In this document: piece by piece, positions 56,586-64,000 of the stretch
Layout: every line of letters begins with the position of its first letter
Numbering within the stretch: position 1 is the first letter of the stretch
Virus record (IMG/VR): IMGVR_UViG_3300032782_000001
Coordinates: 116,404 to 180,403 of that record
Reading direction: 5' to 3' (one strand)
Length of the DNA: 64,000 nt
Source: a virus
The notes under the pieces: generated by a model
Seen by the model: the letters and a program-made list of their open reading frames with translations, nothing else
What the model was told of the DNA's origin: nothing
Databases searched by the model: none
Position numbers and translations under genes: made by a program

Positions 56586-56895
56586 TAAAACCGTCGCGGC
56601 CTTCTGCTATCTTCCGGTCTAACTCTGCGTTCTTTTCTCGGAGAACGGCAGTGTGATGGATAATGGACTGCAGAGCTTCTTGGACTTCTCGGAATTTAGC
56701 ACTGGCGCCAGGATCACCCGGATGCTTATCCGGATGGTTTCTACTGGAGACCTCTTTAGCTAGTTTCTTAGCTCTATCCAAAGCCTTCTCTGCTGCTTCT
56801 AATCGTTCGCGACGAGTAGGAAGCTTAGCCATAGACTCGATGAGAGCCTTGGGATCCTGACCCAAAGTCCACCAAGCTCTGGCAAGGTCCATCAT
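56572..56895 (-). CDS. J-domain protein
   Basis: LAKEVSSRNHPDKHPGDPGASAKFREVQEAL with HPD. Confidence 0.65.
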   Translation of the reverse strand: MMDLARAWWTLGQDPKALIESMAKLPTRRERLEAAEKALDRAKKLAKEVSSRNHPDKHPGDPGASAKFREVQEALQSIIHHTAVLREKNAELDRKIAEGRDGFIERK

Positions 56896-57092
56896 AGAGA
56901 AAAACCCTTCAAAGATTTGAGCGCTCGGGTCTTCTTTTTCGATACCTTCCGCCTGATCAGGTAGTTTTCGAGTTCTTCGACAGTGTGCAACTCTCGACCA
57001 TGAGCCTTGAGATAGTCCGATTTAATTTCTCGGAGTTTGTCCGAAAACTCATCAAAAGTCACTGGAATACCATACAAATTTGACTCTTCCAT
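56892..57092 (-). CDS. hypothetical small protein
   Basis: 66-aa minus ORF coupled to upstream gene. Confidence 0.35.
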   Translation of the reverse strand: MEESNLYGIPVTFDEFSDKLREIKSDYLKAHGRELHTVEELENYLIRRKVSKKKTRALKSLKGFSL

Positions 57093-57105
57093 TGTAACGT
57101 ATGTT

Positions 57106-57339
57106 ATGGGATTGCAGCGAGGTAGGGGTCGTCAAGTCAGAGGCGGGTACGGGACAGATTGGCCCCGACTTTTCCGACGGCTGAACGACGTATATACCGC
57201 GACTGGTCAAGAACGACCCAAGGCAGTCTTGAACAACCATTCTGACAGGAAAGAGTTCATCTGTCGGAAGTTGGGGGTGGTTTGTGATGCCGATGTAGAT
57301 CGCATTGCAAACCAGCTCGGACTGGGACGCAAGTCCTAA
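57106..57339 (+). CDS. hypothetical Arg/Gly-rich small protein (uncertain)
   Basis: MGLQRGRGRQVRGG; shorter than track ORF 57037. Confidence 0.25.
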   Translation: MGLQRGRGRQVRGGYGTDWPRLFRRLNDVYTATGQERPKAVLNNHSDRKEFICRKLGVVCDADVDRIANQLGLGRKS

Positions 57340-57408
57340 CTTGATCTCAAAAAATTGACGCGTTAAAGTAGCGCTTGTCAGAGCGGAAGACGCGCTAAGG
57401 AGAAACGA

Positions 57409-58065
57409 ATGAAGACGGATACGAAGAAGGCCCCCTCCCCCAAGCAGACTCAGGCGAAGATCGCCTCCCTTCTCAAGGGGATCGACAACTCTGTGGAGAC
57501 GATCAATCGTCATCAGAGTACCATCCAGCAGAATGCCAAGGAGGTCAGGAAGCTGGCTGCGGGCCTCTCGGATCAGGCACCGAAGCCCGCAAAGGCGGCG
57601 AAGCCCGCCAAGGCTGCCGCCAAGACTGCCGCCAAGACTGCCGCAAAGGCGGCGAAGCCCGCCAAGCCCGCAAAGGCAGCCGCAAAGGCTGCAGACAAGC
57701 CCGCCAAGGCACCGAAGCCCGCCAAGACTGCCGCAAAGGCACCGAAGCCCGCAAAGGCGGCGTCCAAGGACGACGAGCGCAAGGATCCGGTGGAAGGACG
57801 GCCCCATCTCAAGGAGGTCCTGAAGGATCTCATCGCCCAGGCGGGTGGAAAGCCTGTGTCTCCGGCGGAATTGTGGCATGCAGCCACCAAGAAGTGGGGG
57901 TACTGGTCCCGTCAGTCTTGCTACAATGCCCTGAAGGATACGAAGGCCTTCACTCTGAAGGGTGATGGGTACGTGAACGTCAAGGGCAATTCGAAGGTCA
58001 CCGACAGTGAAGCTGAAGCCTTCGTCCAGAAGGCCTCACAGCCGGAGACGGAAGCCGTTTCCTGA
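57409..58065 (+). CDS. histone H1-like lysine/alanine/proline repeat protein with folded C-terminal domain
   Basis: SD AAGGAG; AKPAKAAAKTAAK repeats; minus ORF 57052..57879 is an artefact of the repeat. Confidence 0.65.
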   Translation: MKTDTKKAPSPKQTQAKIASLLKGIDNSVETINRHQSTIQQNAKEVRKLAAGLSDQAPKPAKAAKPAKAAAKTAAKTAAKAAKPAKPAKAAAKAADKPAKAPKPAKTAAKAPKPAKAASKDDERKDPVEGRPHLKEVLKDLIAQAGGKPVSPAELWHAATKKWGYWSRQSCYNALKDTKAFTLKGDGYVNVKGNSKVTDSEAEAFVQKASQPETEAVS

Positions 58066-58076
58066 ACGGAAGGTAC

Positions 58077-58114
58077 CTTCGGGCCCGGTGTTTCCAGAAA
58101 TGCCGGGCCCGAAG
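58077..58114. terminator. 12-bp perfect GC-rich hairpin (CTTCGGGCCCGG / CCGGGCCCGAAG)
   Basis: Directly downstream of stop of 57409 gene; 14-nt loop. Confidence 0.45.
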
Positions 58115-58127
58115 CGTATTGTAAACC

Positions 58128-58481
58128 ATGACCTGTGCAATGGTTGACGATAAGACCGCGGAAATGATGGCGCTGGAAAGAGCCATCCGAACTTATGCTA
58201 TCCGGATTGCTCGGAAATGCTTCCTCGAATGCCAATGCGAGGAAGACCATCCTGTTCTTATTAATGAACGCCATCTAGTGGAAATGGCAAAGTCCAAACT
58301 CCAGGAAAGACTCCTTGCTAATCGGATGGACCCTTCCAAAATGGCATCTCAGCTTGAAGCCAAGATCCGATATATCGCAAAACTGAGGATTTCTGTCTTG
58401 GCAGATGCGGAAGATATTCGTGATGCCGGGACCTTAGTGCTCGAACGAGAGCACATTGAAGTGTTTCCTCCCATCCATTAA
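58128..58481 (+). CDS. hypothetical protein
   Basis: 117-aa ORF. Confidence 0.5.
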   Translation: MTCAMVDDKTAEMMALERAIRTYAIRIARKCFLECQCEEDHPVLINERHLVEMAKSKLQERLLANRMDPSKMASQLEAKIRYIAKLRISVLADAEDIRDAGTLVLEREHIEVFPPIH

Positions 58482-59089
58482 TGGACATAAAAATTGCTCA
58501 GGCATTAGGTCCCATCAAACTCAGTTTGATGGACACGGCAGTTGTAGCATCTTCTCGCCGCTTGAAAATTTATGGTAATGATGTCCCATGCAAACCTGGC
58601 TGTGCAGGTTGTTGTAGTAGGCTCATTCGTATAACTATGGCAGAAGCCACCATTCTATATGAACACTTAGTCCAGAATGGTGAGTGGACTGAGGTAAGGA
58701 AAGAAGCAAGAGATCAATTTTCATTGGTTAAAGAAGTTGATCCCGTAGCTTGGTTCAAGATGAACCGGTCTTGCCCAGTTTTGAATCCTAAGACACGTAA
58801 CTGCCGAGGGTATGCCGTTAGACCGGCTTTTTGTTCTACACATTTTGTCACGTCATCGCCGGACCTATGTGATCCGTGGAATGCTGCTGATGGCATATAT
58901 CAACCAGTAGACATGGATGATCTCATGGAAATTTTCTCCAAGAGAGTTTCCGAGAATGTCGCCGGATACGGTATCTTTGGGCTAGAATTGGCGCTGCCGG
59001 TGGCATTATTACTAGCAGAAAGAATTTCCGTCCAGTCTGGATTGGAATTGGATCAGGCAGTCAAACTCCTATTTCGTGAATTCGCATGA
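58481..59089 (+). CDS. YkgJ-family zinc/iron-chelating (CxxCxxCC) protein
   Basis: CKPGCAGCC signature and downstream Cys. Confidence 0.6.
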   Translation: MDIKIAQALGPIKLSLMDTAVVASSRRLKIYGNDVPCKPGCAGCCSRLIRITMAEATILYEHLVQNGEWTEVRKEARDQFSLVKEVDPVAWFKMNRSCPVLNPKTRNCRGYAVRPAFCSTHFVTSSPDLCDPWNAADGIYQPVDMDDLMEIFSKRVSENVAGYGIFGLELALPVALLLAERISVQSGLELDQAVKLLFREFA

Positions 59090-59334
59090 ACCAGGGTTTA
59101 TGCGAATATTGTACTCGCAACGGACCTGAAAGGGTCCCTGTTAGCCATGAAGTCTCCAAACCCATTTATGTCTGTGAGACGTGTTGGAAAATGCTCAAGG
59201 AGCAGAAGACAGCCTTACCCCTAATCCGTGGAAATCTCTCTTTGAGACTCCGGGGCAAGATTTCCAAAGAAGCTTTCAAAGAAATGGCAGATAGATTCTT
59301 CCAGGAAATCAGTACCTGGAAACCCCGAAACTAG
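59086..59334 (+). CDS. small zinc-ribbon protein
   Basis: CEYC...CETC. Confidence 0.5.
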   Translation: MNQGLCEYCTRNGPERVPVSHEVSKPIYVCETCWKMLKEQKTALPLIRGNLSLRLRGKISKEAFKEMADRFFQEISTWKPRN

Positions 59335-59996
59335 CGGGCTACCGCCATCCCAGCAAGCCAGTTTTTGATCTGGTTGCGCATATCCCTGACAGTCTTGGTT
59401 GAAACCTTGTGGTTATCCCAGGTGAGGGCCTCACGGATAACATCTGGACTCGCACCGCTCCTAGCGGCCCTCACATACCTCGCAAGGTCCCACATCCCAT
59501 TTTGACGCATCACGCCTTCGATGTCTTCCAAATGATCATCGAAGAAATCGTCAGTAATTTCTGGGGCAGCGGCTTCCGCAATTTCCAAAATAGAATGGCC
59601 ATCTTCGGTATTACAGGGAGAGTCTAAGGAATTCCTCTCTTTGTCATACCGCCGCTTCCGATGGACTAAATTTATGCAGACATTATTTGCCACCATATAG
59701 ATGTAGTGGCCGAAACTGGACTTGCGGGGATCGTGAGCGGATTTCGTGAAATTCTTGTGGATGACCGCCAAGAATACTTCTTGAAGAAGTTCGTCCATTG
59801 GGACTTCAGGGACTCTGAAATACTTATGGACAATCTTAATGATGTCCGGACGTTTGAATTTAACGTCCACCCCTAAGGGAGTTGATGGGTCATCTGCAGC
59901 GTTCCTGGGCCACGGGAGTCTTTCTGGCGGCCTACGAATAGGATCCGAGTCCAGGTTGACAATCCTTGAACGCCGAATCCCAGAAATAGCAGCCAT
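59331..59996 (-). CDS. sigma-70 family (ECF-like) sigma factor
   Basis: LLQEVFLAVIHKNFTKSAHDPRKSSFGHYIYMVANNVCINLVHRKRR matches region 2; C-terminal HTH-like. Confidence 0.55.
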   Translation of the reverse strand: MAAISGIRRSRIVNLDSDPIRRPPERLPWPRNAADDPSTPLGVDVKFKRPDIIKIVHKYFRVPEVPMDELLQEVFLAVIHKNFTKSAHDPRKSSFGHYIYMVANNVCINLVHRKRRYDKERNSLDSPCNTEDGHSILEIAEAAAPEITDDFFDDHLEDIEGVMRQNGMWDLARYVRAARSGASPDVIREALTWDNHKVSTKTVRDMRNQIKNWLAGMAVAR

Positions 59997-60042
59997 TCAG
60001 GCACCCTCCAGAATCGTGAAGTCTCATCTCTACCAATTTCCA

Positions 60043-60324
60043 ATGCGGTCGGGATGGAAATTGGTAGAGATCGTGGGATTATATCACGAAGAAACGCATT
60101 TAACAAGGGCCGTCGGAGCGTATTGTCGTATGATGAGCACCCAAGAAGAGCATATCAGGCGAGTGTTGGAAGCAGTTTCGGCCGGAGTGGATAGGCCATC
60201 CCTCATCGAAAAAAAGACGTGCCTGGCAGCTCCCCAAGTCGCAGATGCACTTCGTGCATTGCGTAAGAGGAAGCTTGTTGTTTCTGACGCAGGGCGGTAT
60301 AAGAGAGCCGCCCATGAAAGCTGA
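60043..60324 (+). CDS. putative winged-helix DNA-binding protein (divergent from ECF-like sigma)
   Basis: LTRAVGAYCRMMSTQEEHIRRVLEAV...LRALRKRKLVVSD. Confidence 0.4.
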   Translation: MRSGWKLVEIVGLYHEETHLTRAVGAYCRMMSTQEEHIRRVLEAVSAGVDRPSLIEKKTCLAAPQVADALRALRKRKLVVSDAGRYKRAAHES

Positions 60325-60820
60325 TTTTCTCCGAGAATGTATGGCCCCATTCGGGCCAGTTCCTATTGATGATTTCAATAGGGCATTCTGCGTTGTGTGC
60401 GCCAATAGGGAATGTGGTCGGAGTCGATCCAATGCCATGCAGTTTGACCGACGAGCAGTGGAATGGAAGGACCGACTTTTCACCTCAGTCCCTCGTGCTG
60501 CAGACAACGACCCAAGGTATGACACCATTCGAGCCAAAAAGTTCCTTCCAGTGTTGGAGTCATCTACCATCAATACTCCTCCCAGTCCTCCCCGATTTGA
60601 AGTCATATCCCCAAGCCCTCAAGAACCCACTGTCCCACAAATTCAACAGCAGGTAACTGAGGTAAAAATTACCGCTCCTGTTACTTCTGAATCAACTGAA
60701 ATCGGAGTCCGGCCAGCTCTCGATAACACTCCCTTCAAACAGGGAACTATGTTGGGCCCGTCCAAAGAAGAAAAGATAATGCAGCCTGGTGGCTCGTTTA
60801 CTTTTGACTCAGATGAGTAA
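60314..60820 (+). CDS. hypothetical Pro/Ser/Thr-rich protein with N-terminal Cys cluster
   Basis: ATGA-coupled; CVVCANRECG. Confidence 0.5.
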   Translation: MKADFLRECMAPFGPVPIDDFNRAFCVVCANRECGRSRSNAMQFDRRAVEWKDRLFTSVPRAADNDPRYDTIRAKKFLPVLESSTINTPPSPPRFEVISPSPQEPTVPQIQQQVTEVKITAPVTSESTEIGVRPALDNTPFKQGTMLGPSKEEKIMQPGGSFTFDSDE

Positions 60821-61703
60821 CAAACTTTCCCTTCGATCCATTCCTGCGTGGGGTGAAGATCTGTCTGCTTTCCTGAAGGTTTGTAGGAAAGAAGGGGATT
60901 CCGAATTAGTTCAACAGGTAGAAGAAAAACTCTTGGCGGGATACCTGATGGGTATCCGTACCTTGTTAACAACAGATCACGTCGCTAATAAAGTAGCGGC
61001 AGAATCTTATCCTGCAACATCGGCCGCTCCGGGGCTAATAGATCGATTCTGGCATCTAGCAAAACCCGGTTCTGAAGACATCTTCCAAAAAGCTGTCGAG
61101 ATAATTCTGGAAGAATTGGATGCAGCGCGTCTAAAAGAACCGAGTCTGTATTTAGTGAATGTCCAAACTGGAAGGGCAGTTCTACCTTTCAATAAAGATA
61201 CTGTTTTTCAACCTCCGGATTATATTGGAGAGGATGGCCTTGTTCATAAAGCAAGGCCCATTGTTCATCCAGCTTTGACTTCCGCCATGGCATTGGCACA
61301 GCAAGAAGCCGCGCGCCGGGAAATTGTTCTTAAAAAATCAAAGGATCCTAAATTCAAAAGCGCAGTAGAACATCTCTTGGATCCTGAAGGGATGATCACT
61401 TCCGCCAAAGAAAGACTTCAAGCTGTCGGGGTCGTTATTGACGACATTCCATCAGATTCAGAACCGCAAGAAGTGGAGTTTGGTAGAGAAGCAATAGACG
61501 GCATAAACCAAGCTCCGAATTACCAGTTCCATCGCAAGAGTACCTTCAGTGCAATTTTAGCTCAAAAGATTCTGCGTTTATGTGGACCTGGAGGACACTG
61601 TCATATTGGTCCAATCCGAGAAAGGAAAGGATCTAAACAAAGGTGGTATGCCGTGTCTGTTACTGTTCGAGCTGCTCCGTTGAGCCTTCCTGCGTCAAAA
61701 TAA
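60813..61703 (+). CDS. hypothetical protein
   Basis: ~296 aa; ATG overlapping upstream stop. Confidence 0.55.
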   Translation: MSNKLSLRSIPAWGEDLSAFLKVCRKEGDSELVQQVEEKLLAGYLMGIRTLLTTDHVANKVAAESYPATSAAPGLIDRFWHLAKPGSEDIFQKAVEIILEELDAARLKEPSLYLVNVQTGRAVLPFNKDTVFQPPDYIGEDGLVHKARPIVHPALTSAMALAQQEAARREIVLKKSKDPKFKSAVEHLLDPEGMITSAKERLQAVGVVIDDIPSDSEPQEVEFGREAIDGINQAPNYQFHRKSTFSAILAQKILRLCGPGGHCHIGPIRERKGSKQRWYAVSVTVRAAPLSLPASK

Positions 61704-62322
61704 ACGCTAGCACCGTTGCGAGTGCAAATCGGAATTCCGCTACTCCAGCAACGTGTATTGATTCTAGATGATCTAGAACTTTCACCATGGCGTCCACTCG
61801 ACATCTATACTGGAATGTTATATAGGTACCTAAAGGTAGAATTGGAATTACGTCTGACGGATCTTTTAGAATCGGAAAGAATTGTGTAAACAATTCTAGT
61901 ACAGATTTCATGGTCTTAGCCAATTGGTTAGTTGCTATTGAAGGAATACCGGAAGAAATTTGAATGACCTCAGGTTTAAACCGGTCTTCTGTTAATTCTG
62001 GAATCCATGCAGCGAACGGAGCCATGACTTCATATTTGTCTATGAGCCCGGCACCCAACAATGCAGGCGTTACAGTTTGCATAAGACAACATGGCATTTG
62101 AACACGGAGAGATGCCATCCTCTGATGAGGATCATGAGATTGAATTGAGACTTCTCCATATTCGAAAAATCGGGCGTATGGCTCACCGTTGGGGAGAATC
62201 ATGGTTTTTGGAACATTTTCCAGGCCATTGATTCCACTGGGCCAGCCTGAACCCCTCGGTAATTGCCTTTGTTTTGATAAGTCACGACATCCCCGACAAG
62301 GGTGTGAAACCGAATCTGACAA
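61660..62322 (-). CDS. hypothetical protein
   Basis: 220-aa minus ORF. Confidence 0.45.
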   Translation of the reverse strand: MSDSVSHPCRGCRDLSKQRQLPRGSGWPSGINGLENVPKTMILPNGEPYARFFEYGEVSIQSHDPHQRMASLRVQMPCCLMQTVTPALLGAGLIDKYEVMAPFAAWIPELTEDRFKPEVIQISSGIPSIATNQLAKTMKSVLELFTQFFPILKDPSDVIPILPLGTYITFQYRCRVDAMVKVLDHLESIHVAGVAEFRFALATVLAFILTQEGSTEQLEQ

Positions 62323-62894
62323 ATTCTCATCCCTGGATAAATGATCGTTGGATGGATCACAACGATTTCTAATGTGTACTGACCATCGAATCCCGGGTCA
62401 CCATATCCAGCAGTGACATGAACGAAGATAAAAAGACGGCCAATAGATGACTTGCCGTCCACAATGGGCACAAATTTGTTTGTTTGGATACGTTCTGCTG
62501 TGTGTGCAAGATAACCAATACCGGGCTTTAAAAGGAGCGGTTGCCCGGACTCCAATTCACACTTGATGATTTTATTTGATTTGGACGCGTCCAGTTTGTT
62601 TTCGTAGGCTCGCTCTGAATACGTGGGATCGTAACGGGGCCTTAGGAGATCACCAGCATATCCGTGACATCCTGGTTCAAAACTGCCTGAGACTACATTT
62701 TCATATACAGCAAATTGATTCCCAAGAGTTAAATCATATGAAGCCGGATTCAGCTTATCTTCATAACTAATCTGTGTAGGATTCCACGGGTCGACAATAA
62801 TATCACCGGCTTCAACAGATTTCTTAATCTCCAATCCAGAGAGGATGCCGCCTTGATACATGGAATCTTGACCTATTCTTTCAACCGAGCCCAA
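62199..62894 (-). CDS. dcd: dCTP deaminase/dUTPase-family enzyme
   Basis: GDIIVDPWNPTQ...NPASYDLTLGNQFAVYEN matches Dcd N-terminal core. Confidence 0.8.
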   Translation of the reverse strand: MGSVERIGQDSMYQGGILSGLEIKKSVEAGDIIVDPWNPTQISYEDKLNPASYDLTLGNQFAVYENVVSGSFEPGCHGYAGDLLRPRYDPTYSERAYENKLDASKSNKIIKCELESGQPLLLKPGIGYLAHTAERIQTNKFVPIVDGKSSIGRLFIFVHVTAGYGDPGFDGQYTLEIVVIHPTIIYPGMRICQIRFHTLVGDVVTYQNKGNYRGVQAGPVESMAWKMFQKP

Positions 62895-64000
62895 AAAGTT
62901 CCGTCAGAAATTGGAATTGTTCGGGCTTCACCCGAATTCCTTCAGATTCGCTGACGAGAATTTCGCCTTTCGTATTTACAATTCGAAGCGGCACATCACC
63001 TTCTGCAAGAATGTAAATAGCATGCATTTTCCGTTGAGAATTCTCAGTGGGCACAGCTCTGAGAGTCCAACGGAAAATTTTCTCCCCTTCAATCAGTGGT
63101 AACGCAGTCACATTAGTATTGGACGTCTTTTCTTTTACCGGTTCTCGTACCGGAATCGTAATCTCATCATAGTTGATATTCAGACTGGACCCCCCAATTT
63201 CTAATTCTCCGATATCTCCTTGGAAAACCACAGACGATCCCCCCTTTCCCACAGGGTCAAGCTCCGCTTCCTTCACGACAGGAACGGTAGCAGGAATGGT
63301 AGCAGGAGAAGGGATGGTAGCAGAAACAGGGAGTGCAGGAGGAGTAGGAGATGCAGTCATGACAGGTGGGGAAACTGGAGCTTCCAGTTGTCCTCCAGGA
63401 GGAATGCGGTGAATCCAGTTTTCCAAAAAATCAGGGACTTTTTGATAGATCCTGCCATCAGAGAAAAATTCATCTTTCTTTAGTTTGGCATCGTAAGTCC
63501 CATCCTTGAGCCTTTTCCCACGATAGGTTCCATCTTCATTCAATGATTCCTTCGGGACGGGAATCCCGTCAACCATTTTGAAATAATCGAATCGAGCCTT
63601 CCAATTAATATCAATGCCAGGCTCCGTCAAAAGCGGGACGACCCATTCCTTCCCATGAGCCTTCGGCAGCTTCCATGGATAAGTCATCCACTCGTCCAAT
63701 TTCCGAACGATTTCCATTAAGTATTCAGGTTTAATTTCGTACACAACCTCATCGTGAACGGTGAGAACGTACCTAACCCTGTCTTCCCATCCAAGAGTCC
63801 GAATTTGTTTATCAACTAGACACAGCGCGAATTTTAGAATATCTGCTGAAGTGGACTGGATGGTGTAATTGATTGCACATCTCTCTGCTTTACTTCGGAG
63901 TGCTCGGATGGGTGAATCAATAGTCGGAATAGGCAGTTTCCGACCGAATGCTGTGTAAACGAATTTATGTTTCCGTGCGAATTTCTTCTGATGATCAACA
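62881..64000 (-). CDS. family-A DNA polymerase, C-terminal part (5' end beyond window), with ~270-aa extension after motif C
   Basis: Minus frame open to window edge. It reads KHKFVYTAFGRKLPIP...RCAINYTIQSTSADILKFAL...LTVHDEVVYE, i.e. Pol A motifs B and C. It then continues in frame through a PTPPALPVSATIPSP linker to 62881. Confidence 0.8.
   Translation of the reverse strand, partial: VDHQKKFARKHKFVYTAFGRKLPIPTIDSPIRALRSKAERCAINYTIQSTSADILKFALCLVDKQIRTLGWEDRVRYVLTVHDEVVYEIKPEYLMEIVRKLDEWMTYPWKLPKAHGKEWVVPLLTEPGIDINWKARFDYFKMVDGIPVPKESLNEDGTYRGKRLKDGTYDAKLKKDEFFSDGRIYQKVPDFLENWIHRIPPGGQLEAPVSPPVMTASPTPPALPVSATIPSPATIPATVPVVKEAELDPVGKGGSSVVFQGDIGELEIGGSSLNINYDEITIPVREPVKEKTSNTNVTALPLIEGEKIFRWTLRAVPTENSQRKMHAIYILAEGDVPLRIVNTKGEILVSESEGIRVKPEQFQFLTELFGLG

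Noticed and set aside
57052-57879. 275-aa minus-strand ORF
   Set aside because: Antisense artefact of the AKPAKA repeat in the plus-strand histone-like gene 57409..58065 (translates as LCGLRCLGGL repeats).
1-64000. Genome-wide TGA (or TAG) stop-codon reassignment suggested by TCA-anticodon tRNAs and a release-factor gene
   Set aside because: Conserved enzymes (Dam, PyrC, PyrD, PyrE, RecA-like, sigma factor, Pcp) are full-length in the standard code. Many genes end at TGA, TAA or TAG with immediate ATGA/GTGA restarts. Reading through the RF-gene TGA in frame hits a second TGA two codons later.

Overview
This window reads as a dense, mostly plus-strand stretch of a large dsDNA phage genome. 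Most genes have no recognisable function; many small Cys-rich proteins and several paralogous families are present. It uses the standard genetic code, with TGA, TAA and TAG all serving as stops and frequent ATGA/GTGA stop-start overlaps. Recognisable functions fall into five groups. DNA metabolism: Dam-like N6-adenine methyltransferase (MTase), RecA/UvsX-like recombinase, Rad50/SMC-like ATPase with a zinc hook, RuvC-like nuclease, two HNH endonucleases, a GIY-YIG nuclease fused to a MTase-like domain, dCTP deaminase, MazG, an HD 5'-nucleotidase, and the C-terminal part of a family-A DNA polymerase running off the right edge. Pyrimidine de novo synthesis: PyrD, PyrC and PyrE, with an ATP-grasp protein alongside. 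Transcription and signalling: an RpoD-like sigma factor, an extracytoplasmic-function (ECF)-like sigma factor with a divergent winged-helix gene, a CheY-like receiver protein, a dual-specificity phosphatase, a lambda-PPase-like Ser/Thr phosphatase and two J-domain proteins. Enzymes: papain-like C1 peptidase, pyroglutamyl peptidase, nitrilase-family hydrolase, a macro domain protein, a NadR-like P-loop protein and a TPM-domain protein. Translation control, which is the most unusual part: a tmRNA (ssrA) gene; a PrfH-like class-I release factor that can only be made through a prfB-type programmed +1 frameshift (Shine-Dalgarno (SD)-CTT-TGA-C); a PTH2 peptidyl-tRNA hydrolase; a tRNA-Ile(TAT); and two tandem tRNAs whose anticodon positions read TCA, i.e. 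UGA-reading suppressor-type. At least 13 otherwise diverse proteins share a conserved C-terminal tail, ...V-M-(E/D/N)-(S/Q)-stop. All calls rest on motif recognition by eye, with no database searches.
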